Of a stretch of 64,000 nt of DNA, positions 54,970-63,807 are shown piece by piece. Each line of letters begins with the position of its first letter. Within the stretch, counting starts at the first letter, position 1. The translations under genes and the position numbers were made by a program. Location: the NCBI GenBank assembly GCA_963697165.1, contig CAVOMX010000001.1, positions 15,994-79,993 of the forward strand. Direction: 5' to 3'. The DNA is from Candidatus Bathyarchaeota archaeon. Its GTDB lineage: Archaea; Thermoproteota; Bathyarchaeia; Bathyarchaeales; Bathyarchaeaceae. The notes beneath the pieces are model-generated. The model did not search any database and was not told the origin of the DNA. It worked only from the letters and a program-made list of their open reading frames with translations.

Positions 54970-55662
54970 TTAGTATTCCACCTTTCTTGGAAGCATTTTT
55001 GCTTGTTCTATCCAGTCTATTATTTGTGTTAGACTTGGAGGTCTTCTGACCAGTTTTTTTGCTTCGTTGTAGCCTACTATTGTTTCATGTAGGTTCTCTG
55101 GGTTTCTTCTGGCTAGCTCAACTACGGTGCTGACGCCTGCTTCTTTTAGTAGATCTGAGTATTCTTCGCCAATGCCTTTGATTCTGAAGAGGTCTGCCAT
55201 GTTTACCCATTCTAGGATTACGGTTTCGCTTATGCCCGTTTTGTCGGCTAGTTCATTTCTTCCTTGTTTGGTGCCTCCTGTTTCTAGTAGGTCGTCTGTT
55301 GTTTTTATTCCTTGAGCGTTTAGTTTCTTTGCGTAGGTTGATCCTATTCCTTCTATTTCGATTATTCTTGCAGAGGTAGGTTCAGATAATATAGGTGTGG
55401 TTGTGGGTTCTACTTTGACTTGGATTTCTTTTGGTCCTCGGAGTTTTTCGTAGATCATCATTGCTATGCTGAATGCAATCCAGATAATAATTCCAAATAT
55501 GACTCCGTTGATAATGCCTTCAGCGATGTGTGCATAGTCTGTTTGAAGCAAATCGGGAATGTATTGCTGGACTATCCAATCTCCTGGGGGTAACCCTATA
55601 CCTGCAAGGCCAATTAAGACGAATAGAACAAAAACGATTAGAAAGATTACTGCTCCTATCAA
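54970..55662 (-). CDS. DUF4332 (HhH) protein with N-terminal TM helices
   Basis: IEGIG, WVNMADLFRIKGIGEEYSDLL, ELARRNP. Confidence 0.85.
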   Translation of the reverse strand: MIGAVIFLIVFVLFVLIGLAGIGLPPGDWIVQQYIPDLLQTDYAHIAEGIINGVIFGIIIWIAFSIAMMIYEKLRGPKEIQVKVEPTTTPILSEPTSARIIEIEGIGSTYAKKLNAQGIKTTDDLLETGGTKQGRNELADKTGISETVILEWVNMADLFRIKGIGEEYSDLLKEAGVSTVVELARRNPENLHETIVGYNEAKKLVRRPPSLTQIIDWIEQAKMLPRKVEY

Positions 55663-55957
55663 TTTTTTTTCCTCCTGGATGTATACTTTATGCCTGTTTG
55701 CTTTTTAAAATGAACGCAGAGGATAAAGTGTTATTTTATGCTGTCGTAGATTTCAGGATTAATTAAAACATAGGATGAGGAGTTAATCTTATTTTAGTAA
55801 TTTACAGAGTCTTTGGTCCAGACTGGTGTTTGATGGGTTATTTACAAGTAGTTGTCGGGTAGTGACTAGTTGCTGGCGCGTAATAAGGTGGATTTTGGGT
55901 TCATAATTCATATAATAGGTAACAATTCAAAGACAATATTACTTATTTTATGATCGG

Positions 55958-56365
55958 GTGGTAGATAGGTTGCATAAATCGAAGCTTCAGGTATCTGTTG
56001 AGATTCTTTGTTCCTTGTCGTCTAAGGGTCCATTGAAGTGGACACAGATTAGTGATGAGGTTGACTTAAGCAAGTCCTTTCTGATGGAGTATCTGGGTTT
56101 TCTTTGTGATCGGGGTCTTGTTGGAGAACAGAGTTTGGGTGACGAGGAGAAGGTTTACTTTGTGACTGATAAGGGGTTGAGTGTGATTAAGGTGATGGGG
56201 CCGATGGTTAGGGAGGCTCAGAGACTTGAGGTGCGTAATTTGGAAAGGATTTCAAGTGCTCTTGCGGCAACAAAATTCAAAGTTAGAAAAATTGAAGAAA
56301 AGAAACCTAGATGGAAGCGCCTCCAAGATTTCATAAAAAATGAGATAATACAAACAGAAGAATGA
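55958..56365 (+). CDS. Archaeal winged-helix regulator
   Basis: KSKLQVSVEIL...GPLKWTQI...YFVTDKG. Confidence 0.8.
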   Translation: MVDRLHKSKLQVSVEILCSLSSKGPLKWTQISDEVDLSKSFLMEYLGFLCDRGLVGEQSLGDEEKVYFVTDKGLSVIKVMGPMVREAQRLEVRNLERISSALAATKFKVRKIEEKKPRWKRLQDFIKNEIIQTEE

Positions 56366-56416
56366 AAGTAACATTCAATGGTTTTTAGTTGGCTTCTGTT
56401 TGCGCACGCCTACGTT

Positions 56417-56466
56417 GACTCTTCGTGGAGAATTTGAGGTATTCTTGTGACTGTTTACGAAGAGTC
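56417..56466 (+). repeat. GACTCTTC-family hairpin (short type, perfect arms)
   Basis: GACTCTTCGT-30 nt-ACGAAGAGTC. Confidence 0.85.
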
Positions 56467-56580
56467 TAGTGGATTGAGTGTTCGTGGATTCTGGTTTCGT
56501 GGCTGGTAATTGTTAAATTTTAACCCCAAACCTAAACCCAAAACCCATTTCTGTAAAGTATCTCGTGCACGCTTTTTGTT

Positions 56581-56886
56581 TTATGCAGGCGTCTCTATCA
56601 TGCCTTGGGTTTGTTCTTCTTTGGGTTCATTGAAGTGTTCTTCGAGGAGTTGTCCCATGCGTCTAAAAGATTCCTTGTCAATTATTTTTTCTTCTACTAG
56701 GTCTTGAAGTGCAGTAGCAAAATTTACTTTGTCTATTGCTCCTGTGCGCATCAATTCGTTTAGCATTTGCATCTCTGTGAGTTGACCTTTGTTTTCTTTT
56801 CTTGCATAATAAACTACCATAATTACTAGAATGAAAACTAGACTTGTCAATGGTAGAATTAAGTAATAGAATTGATTAGGATCCAT
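56581..56886 (-). CDS. Single-TM small protein
   Basis: TM segment then a helical tail. Confidence 0.65.
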   Translation of the reverse strand: MDPNQFYYLILPLTSLVFILVIMVVYYARKENKGQLTEMQMLNELMRTGAIDKVNFATALQDLVEEKIIDKESFRRMGQLLEEHFNEPKEEQTQGMIETPA

Positions 56887-56997
56887 GTTTAATATAAAAA
56901 TAAATACCAATAAGGAATTTATGAATCCCAACTAATAATTATAAAATGTGTGCGAGATTTTCGTCCATTTAGTTCCACTTTTGATAGTTAAGAAATA

Positions 56998-57516
56998 TTA
57001 TTGTTTTTCAAGGGTCAGTCTAATGAATTCCATAGGCATCATAGACTTTTCTGCGATTTCTTCAAGACTAAGAGCTTGATTATTTAATCTGATGACCACG
57101 CTTTCCATTGATTCCGCAAATTCAATAATATGATTGTCGGGATCATAAACTCTGAAAGCTCTTTGACCCCACGGATGTTCTCTTATTGAATGAATGAATG
57201 TGACTTCTCCTGCTAAATGTTTATGCAAATCATCTAAATGTTCGGTTTCAAAATAGATTTCAGAGTTATTAGCTCCAACTTTAATATCATGATTTTTTTC
57301 TTGGAAAATTAAATTCAATGCATAATCTTTTTCCCAAATAGCTAAACCTCCTTCAAAACCCACATTCCGTCCAAAATCCATCACAATATTTTGGCCAAGA
57401 ATAATATTGTAGAAATGCTTTGATTTCTCAATATCTTTAACTAATAAAACACAACTACGATACGCTGGCTTTTGTTCTCCCAATTCTTTCACTCTAATTC
57501 TATCTATTGAGTACAT
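56998..57516 (-). CDS. VOC/glyoxalase family protein
   Basis: VKDIEKSKHFY, HPWGQR, DPDNHIIE. Confidence 0.88.
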   Translation of the reverse strand: MYSIDRIRVKELGEQKPAYRSCVLLVKDIEKSKHFYNIILGQNIVMDFGRNVGFEGGLAIWEKDYALNLIFQEKNHDIKVGANNSEIYFETEHLDDLHKHLAGEVTFIHSIREHPWGQRAFRVYDPDNHIIEFAESMESVVIRLNNQALSLEEIAEKSMMPMEFIRLTLEKQ

Positions 57517-57629
57517 ACAGATAAAAGTGAAACTTGATCTATTTACAAGCTCTCAGGTAAATTATCAAAAGGTAAATGTTTATTTTTTATAATATCTTGA
57601 TGGGTATTGGGATTGAGAGGGATTGTAAG

Positions 57630-58001
57630 ATGAGAATATTTCATTATGATAGTGTTGAGGCGAAAGATGCTGAAGGTGGAAGCTCGAAAGTGAGGGTTAG
57701 ATGGTTGATTACTGAGGATATGGGTGCTGAGAATTTTGCTATGAGATTGTTTGAGTTGGAGTCAGGGGGTTATACTCCTTTTCATATTCATGATTGGGAA
57801 CATGAAGTTTTCATATTAGAGGGTGAGGGGGTTGTGGTTTGTGGAGATGAAGAGAGGCTGTTTCGGGCTGGTGATGTTATTTTCATATCTCCAAACGAGA
57901 AGCATCAGTTTAGAAATATTGGAAAGAGTTTAGCGAAAATTCTTTGCTTAATACCATACAAAAAGGATTCAGAGAAAGTTAGTTCTTGTGGATGCGGGTA
58001 A
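57630..58001 (+). CDS. Cupin domain protein
   Basis: HIHDWEHEVFILEG, EKHQFRN. Confidence 0.9.
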   Translation: MRIFHYDSVEAKDAEGGSSKVRVRWLITEDMGAENFAMRLFELESGGYTPFHIHDWEHEVFILEGEGVVVCGDEERLFRAGDVIFISPNEKHQFRNIGKSLAKILCLIPYKKDSEKVSSCGCG

Positions 58002-58040
58002 GATGGGCTGAATAAGATTGAAGGGAAAATATTTGTTACT

Positions 58041-58232
58041 TCATTTCTTTGGATAATTTGAACCTATCAGTATTCCAACTGCCAATGCAAATGACGCAAT
58101 AGCAAAAGTTTCATGATGAACATCCTTTACTTGAAACCATACCCCATAACTCAAATATTGCTCTAACAAAATGATTATTCCAACGATAAAGAAAAATGCT
58201 ACCAAGACAATAGCTATCAAGTGCTTGTTCAT
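58041..58232 (-). CDS. Small two-TM protein
   Basis: Hydrophobic; DVHHETF between helices. Confidence 0.65.
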   Translation of the reverse strand: MNKHLIAIVLVAFFFIVGIIILLEQYLSYGVWFQVKDVHHETFAIASFALAVGILIGSNYPKK

Positions 58233-58677
58233 TCTCTGTTTACCCCTTGAGTTTACTTCAGACTTTATAAAAAAGGTTTTTTGAAAATAACAATACTCAC
58301 CATGTTAAGAGTAAAAGTTGGATTAGGATTAAATGTGCACGTATTGTGTTTTTGGGTCAATGTTGCTCTAGTATTAGAAGTTGACAAACAAGAGGCTACA
58401 GGTCATTTGGTTAACTTTCTTGTTTATTCCAGTTAAGGCTTTTATTTCATAGATATGATGTGTTTTTTGATGAAAACGAGTAGCTTACTTTAGAAGAAGA
58501 ATGATGCATGAAAATTTTAGTTGCCCTTCTTCTTTTAGGTGTTTTTCTAACAATGAATTTGTCTTTCAGCTTGGGGGATATTTATGAAGAGTCTATGGGG
58601 GTTGAGTTTTGGCTGTTCTTGAAGTTGTGGGGTTGTGCAAAGAAAGTCACAATAAGTGCCTTGTAAATTTATTCCAA

Positions 58678-58893
58678 TTAAGGGTTTTTAAGATACCATT
58701 TCTTCTTTGCAGCGATTCCGATGGTAGCAAGAGAAATGGCAAGCACCAACAGTACCACGCCAAAAACAATCAGTGGAATCCTGAAGGCTGGTTCAGAATG
58801 TAGAACTTCGGTTGAAGGCAAACCGCTAAGGTAAGCAGCTAAGTAAATGGCTACGAAAACGGCGCCGACACCCTCTAGAGCTGTACATTGCAA
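58678..58893 (-). CDS. Small membrane protein or gene fragment
   Basis: Two TM segments, uncertain start. Confidence 0.45.
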   Translation of the reverse strand: MQCTALEGVGAVFVAIYLAAYLSGLPSTEVLHSEPAFRIPLIVFGVVLLVLAISLATIGIAAKKKWYLKNP

Positions 58894-59097
58894 TATTCAA
58901 TTTATTGTTATTTAGCGGCAACTGTATCCTCTCCTAGAAAGGTTTGGTTGACTGGTTAAAGTTTTTGGCTTTATTTAATGTTAGCCGTTCTGTTGCTTAG
59001 CAGGCAGTAGAGTGTTGATGAAAGATGTTGTAAAAATGGACATTCAAATATAGATATTAGGAAGCAAGTGAGAATTCCTTGTTAAAGGTTGAGAGCT

Positions 59098-60030
59098 ATG
59101 AGCCCTGACCAAAAATTTTATTCACCACTCAAAATAGGCTTACTTATAGTCACAGTATCCTATTTCCTGTTCACTTTTCATGCGATGTTTACACTTTCAT
59201 GGATTGGAGAATGGGAACGCATTGCAGGCACCTTTTCCTTTAGAATTTTGATTGAAGACATTTCGGCTACAATCGGGCTGATTTTCAGATTTATTGGAAG
59301 CATTATGGCTATTGCAGCAGTCATCTACTACTTTGCCAAAAGGAACCTGTCCAAGCCTACGTTGTATAGAATCTTGCGGTGGATAATCGTGTTTGAAGGA
59401 ATCTACTGGCTAGGGCTTATTGCCTCGGGCGCAACCGGCATTTATAGCATTGCGACCTCGTTAGGTAATTTTTCGACAGCAACTTTGTACTCGCTGTTTC
59501 TAAGCGTCATCCCTGCCGTAGTTGAATCCACAGTCCTACCAGTCGCCCTTTTCATATTAGCCCATAAGTTAAGTTCGAATAAACCAGTCAAACCAATATT
59601 AAAATGGGCGCTGATTTCAGGCACGCTATTTGTTTTAGTGTTTTGGCTTCTTAACACAGGCATTTGGGGTTCAACGCTTAGGATAAAAGGGTTAGATTAT
59701 ATACTTTCTTTCCCGCAAAACATGCTCAGCTTCCTGCTAACATCAATAGGCTTGCTTGCACTAACTTTATACTCAGCTCACTTCACTAAATCATTCAAAG
59801 CCGAAAATCTGCAGGAACTTAGGCTCAAGCCAGTAGGCATCATAATTCTAGGGGTAGGCTTCTTCTACCTTGCAAACTATCTAATATGGATATTCTTTGG
59901 AGGCGATTATGTTTGGAGCATTTGGTATGCTTGGCTTTTGGGTCACAATTTGGACCTGTGGATGCTGTCTCTTCCCCTGATCGGAATACCGCTTCTCTTT
60001 TCAAGAAACTCGAAAGAAAATCCGTCCTAA
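59098..60030 (+). CDS. Polytopic membrane protein
   Basis: About 8 TM segments; paralogue of 60272-61141. Confidence 0.8.
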   Translation: MSPDQKFYSPLKIGLLIVTVSYFLFTFHAMFTLSWIGEWERIAGTFSFRILIEDISATIGLIFRFIGSIMAIAAVIYYFAKRNLSKPTLYRILRWIIVFEGIYWLGLIASGATGIYSIATSLGNFSTATLYSLFLSVIPAVVESTVLPVALFILAHKLSSNKPVKPILKWALISGTLFVLVFWLLNTGIWGSTLRIKGLDYILSFPQNMLSFLLTSIGLLALTLYSAHFTKSFKAENLQELRLKPVGIIILGVGFFYLANYLIWIFFGGDYVWSIWYAWLLGHNLDLWMLSLPLIGIPLLFSRNSKENPS

Positions 60031-60094
60031 AAGATAAAGAAGAGAAAATTAACCAAAATCAAATTCACTCTTTTTTAAGCCATTCCTTATGCTC

Positions 60095-60184
60095 AAACAA
60101 CAAGTCCCCACAGTAGGATATATCGCCTTGGCAACTGACCCTGAAGGCAACCAATTTGGGTTGCTTCAACCAGAGATGAAATAA
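60095..60184 (+). pseudogene. C-terminal fragment of a VOC-family protein
   Basis: VPTVGYIALATDPEGNQFGLLQP. Confidence 0.6.
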
Positions 60185-60271
60185 AAAAGGGAACAAAGTG
60201 AGGTGGGTTGCAAATAGAGACATGATCGTTAAGTTAGAAATCAACTTCTAAGGCTCTTCATCAAAGTACAA

Positions 60272-61141
60272 TCAAGGCTTTTCTGAGATAAAACCAATAC
60301 CAGGGATCACAAAGGCTATTGCCCACAACTCGGTCAAAACAAGAAAACTCGAGTAACGCTGATTTAGCAACGAAATCACTACGTAAATCAAGAAATACAA
60401 CCCTATAAGCAAGAAACCAACATCCACAACTTTTGAACTAAAATTCAATTGTTTTCGCCTAATTACTGGCAAGAAAACAATTAACAAGATTAAGCCTGCA
60501 AAAAACATAGTAAAAGCTGAGTTTAACAAACCTGCCAGCAAGACAGGATTAACTAGGTTAATCGGGAGAGCATACAAATTCAGAAGGAAATGTTTTACCC
60601 ACAAAGCAAACGTAAAACCAACAACTGCCACGGCGACCCAACTATACACCTGTGCAACGTCCAAGTTTGGCTTCTTCAGTTTAGTGTAGAGAATCAAAAA
60701 GGGTGATGAAACAAATGCAATCTGGAGAAGATAAGAAAGGCCCGCTTCCATATTTATAATTGAGGTATTTGGTCTTGTAAACAAGCTTATTATGAAGGGA
60801 AAATTGAACAGGTAATAGGCGCCTTCACAAAGAACAGCTTTTCTTAGATGAGAAAAAACAATTTGCCCTTTCCTAACAAGCAGCCAAGCGAAAGCAACAG
60901 CAAAGCAAGAACCAACAAAACGCACCGCTAAGCCTACTTCGCCGACTAACTCTGAAGAGAACCAGAACGAAACCCAAAATGGATCACTTGTTTTAAGGCG
61001 ATCAAGAAATCTTAGATACAGGTTATATTCTGCAGGGAAGGACTTCACAAAAAGGAACAGTTGAAAAATAAAGAATGATGCTACCAAAGCAACAATTAGC
61101 TTGGATTTAATACGTCTACTCAACCTGTGAGGTTCTCCCAT
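60272..61141 (-). CDS. Polytopic membrane protein
   Basis: GLAVRFVGS...EGAYY vs GLIFRFIGS...EGIYW in the paralogue. Confidence 0.8.
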   Translation of the reverse strand: MGEPHRLSRRIKSKLIVALVASFFIFQLFLFVKSFPAEYNLYLRFLDRLKTSDPFWVSFWFSSELVGEVGLAVRFVGSCFAVAFAWLLVRKGQIVFSHLRKAVLCEGAYYLFNFPFIISLFTRPNTSIINMEAGLSYLLQIAFVSSPFLILYTKLKKPNLDVAQVYSWVAVAVVGFTFALWVKHFLLNLYALPINLVNPVLLAGLLNSAFTMFFAGLILLIVFLPVIRRKQLNFSSKVVDVGFLLIGLYFLIYVVISLLNQRYSSFLVLTELWAIAFVIPGIGFISEKP

Positions 61142-61293
61142 TTTACTTAGCTTTCCAAATAGCTATAAAAGCTTAGTCGAATTTCAGAACCGTATTTCGT
61201 GCGCTAAAAAAATAGCTTTTCTGAATTTGAAATAGTTATCAAAAATATTCAGCAAGACGTTTTTGGCTCTCTTCAGAGATTATTTGCAGTAGA

Positions 61294-61355
61294 GACTCTT
61301 CGTGGGATTCTAGAGTGTTATTTTTATCAATATTTTTGAGGGTTTACGAAGAGTA
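61294..61355 (+). repeat. GACTCTTC-family hairpin (long type)
   Basis: GACTCTTCGT...ACGAAGAGTA. Confidence 0.85.
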
Positions 61356-61475
61356 TAGTAGGGTTTTTTGGTGATGGTTGATTGTTGTTTTGTGTGAATT
61401 AGATTTATGCCCACGCAAGCTATAATAATTTCAGTCAATACAATATGAAATTCTAGAATGTTAGGTGAATTTATC

Positions 61476-62105
61476 ATGAGTAAAACTAACTGGTTGATAA
61501 TTTTGTGTATTCTAGTGTCTGTTTTCTCATGGTTTTTTGTAAATGATCAAGTGATGGATTACTTGGCTTTTAGTGGAGAAAACCTTCAGAAAGGTAGAAT
61601 TTGGACAATAGTTTCGAGTCTTTTTCTGCATGGTGATTTCACCCACCTTTTTGGTAATATGGTCTTTTTGTATATTTTTGGAAATACTATAGAAAATGAA
61701 TTGGGAGAAAAATGGTTGCTAGTACCGTTTTTTTGTGGAGGTATTGGTTCTTTTATTATAAGTGTAATGTTTTATGATCCATCAATTCTTCTAATTGGCG
61801 CATCAGCTGCCATTTTTACTTTGACAGCCATGGTGATGTTGTTAAAGCCCTTGAAGTTCTCTTTTTATTTTTTGATGCCATTAGGTTTAGTTGCGTTGAT
61901 TTATTTTTCATATAATTTGTTGGCTGTCTATATGGGTACACAAGGAAATGTTGCGTTTATAGGTCATATAATCGGATTTTCAATTGGGGTGCCCTTTGGG
62001 ATAGCATGTAACAAAGATTGGTTTAAGAATTTGCTAATAACATCTGGGTTATTTATTATATATCTACTAGTAATCTGGTTTTTATTACCAAGCTTGAGCA
62101 TGTAA
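61476..62105 (+). CDS. Rhomboid intramembrane serine protease
   Basis: HLFGNM, GASAA, GHIIG. Confidence 0.92.
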   Translation: MSKTNWLIILCILVSVFSWFFVNDQVMDYLAFSGENLQKGRIWTIVSSLFLHGDFTHLFGNMVFLYIFGNTIENELGEKWLLVPFFCGGIGSFIISVMFYDPSILLIGASAAIFTLTAMVMLLKPLKFSFYFLMPLGLVALIYFSYNLLAVYMGTQGNVAFIGHIIGFSIGVPFGIACNKDWFKNLLITSGLFIIYLLVIWFLLPSLSM

Positions 62106-62306
62106 TCAACGAAGGCAATTTTCCAAAGTTTTGTTAAATAAGTTTTAGTGATGAGAAAATACGAAGTGTCTATGTTTTTGGGCGTGTGTGGCCTTTTGTT
62201 TATCGAGTTTGTCTTTGGAATAGTTAACGTTTTTTGGGAAATATGTAATTTTTCGGAATATGGTTAATATTTAATCGCATGATATCATATAGAAGTTGGT
62301 GTTACG

Positions 62307-62405
62307 ATGGCCTCTAACAAAGTCGAGAAGGAATACATAAAAACAAACCGGGTTAGATGGGATCCGATCACTGTTAGGTTAGAAGAAAATAAATTGAAAA
62401 AGTAA
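62307..62405 (+). CDS. 32-aa microprotein MASNKVEKEYIKTNRVRWDPITVRLEENKLKK
   Basis: Paralogue of 41094-41192. Confidence 0.65.
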   Translation: MASNKVEKEYIKTNRVRWDPITVRLEENKLKK

Positions 62406-62615
62406 ATCTTTTTCTTCATTGCGTATGTTTTTTGGTGGTAAGTGTTAATTTTGGTTTATGTTGATATTTTTGGTTATGAGATGGCAGTATAAGGCTAGTT
62501 TGTTTCTGATGGTGTTAAGTCAGACTGTTTTTTTGGGGTTTAGCAAGAGACATCTGGATAAACAGGCGCAGAGTCTAAGAACAGAACTTGAGGGTTAAAG
62601 TCGCGCGATTAACAG

Positions 62616-63224
62616 TTATTTTGGAATTCTTGAGCGGTTATCTGTACATCGGCAATCTTTCTCTAATGGGCATTTGAAGCAGCATTTTAGTTCAATATTT
62701 CTTTTTTTATAGATACTGCCCAAGTATCCAAAGTAGAAAGGGCATGCACGGGAATTATGGACCAGTATTGCTAAACCTATTAGGAGAAATGTTAAGCCTC
62801 CAAATAAATAATGAACTAATCTCATGCCTATTCCCCAGCTAATAGATTCACCAACTCGAGAACCAAAAAAGATTAGGCCTAAATCTTTGTTCCAAAAAAC
62901 TATATCGTTCCAGATTACTTGGAAAACCCACACAAAAGTGGCTAATCCTAAAATCAAAAAAATTATGGCCAGTAGCTTATTGTGAGACAAGATTCTGAAG
63001 AGAAGACTATTATTGTTTTCATGAATCTTTCTAGACCAAAACCAAGAATATCCCCAATAAACAGTATAAATTAATCCTCCTATTAGGAGACTCATTATCA
63101 AAACTAGAAGGCTTTGTTTTAAGGAGAAATCGACTACAATCAGGTTAATTAACGAAAATAGAATTGACAAAACGAACATAACTAAAGCAGGTAACAGAGT
63201 GATTTTTTGAAGACGACTAGCCAT
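62616..63224 (-). CDS. Membrane protein with Cys-rich C-terminus
   Basis: GSRVGESISWG; CPFYFGYL...CCFKCPLEKDC. Confidence 0.75.
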   Translation of the reverse strand: MASRLQKITLLPALVMFVLSILFSLINLIVVDFSLKQSLLVLIMSLLIGGLIYTVYWGYSWFWSRKIHENNNSLLFRILSHNKLLAIIFLILGLATFVWVFQVIWNDIVFWNKDLGLIFFGSRVGESISWGIGMRLVHYLFGGLTFLLIGLAILVHNSRACPFYFGYLGSIYKKRNIELKCCFKCPLEKDCRCTDNRSRIPK

Positions 63225-63499
63225 ATGTTAAAGTTTGATTTAGGAAACAAATATTTTCTGGTTTTAAAAAACTTATTCAAAAACAATATTCTAGCGTGGG
63301 CATGTCATAGTTTAATGGATTCTCATCATCTAACATTGGGTGAAACAACGTTTAATTATTGAAACAAAGCAGTTTGGCAGATTTTTTGCTTAACTATAAA
63401 AACATCATCAATTGGATAAAGAGGCTACGAAAAGACCATTGAAAAAAGAGGGTAGACTCTTTGTGGAAGCTTTGAAGATGCTTTATTTTTGGTTTGGTT

Positions 63500-63631
63500 T
63501 TAGACGCATCCGCCGCAGTTTACGCATCCGCCCATGATTCCTCTGCACCATATTGGAAGAGGATCTCTTTTGTATGGTTCAGTTGTTTGTTGTGGGTATT
63601 TTGGTTTTTTGGGGGATTGGATTTTTGACAT
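63500..63631 (-). CDS. 43-aa Cys-rich peptide, copy 3
   Basis: MSKIQSPKKPKYPQQTTEPYKRDPLPIWCRGIMGGCVNCGGCV*. Confidence 0.8.
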   Translation of the reverse strand: MSKIQSPKKPKYPQQTTEPYKRDPLPIWCRGIMGGCVNCGGCV

Positions 63632-63709
63632 CTTACATTCCTATTTACTACAATGTTTAGGGTTATGCTAGAACTTATCACCTACAATTATTGACTAAAC
63701 AGGGAATCG

Positions 63710-63807
63710 GTTACATTATTTGTTACCTAAAATGTTCTTTTCTAACATCATTCTAGGCGAAGCTAATGAGTAACACATAATGTGATTAAAGTAACAAAAA
63801 AAGTAAC
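63710..63807. promoter_or_regulatory. GTNAC-N7-GTNAC boxes
   Basis: 63710 GTTAC/GTTAC, 63770 GTAAC/GTGAT, 63791 GTAAC/GTAAC. Confidence 0.6.
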
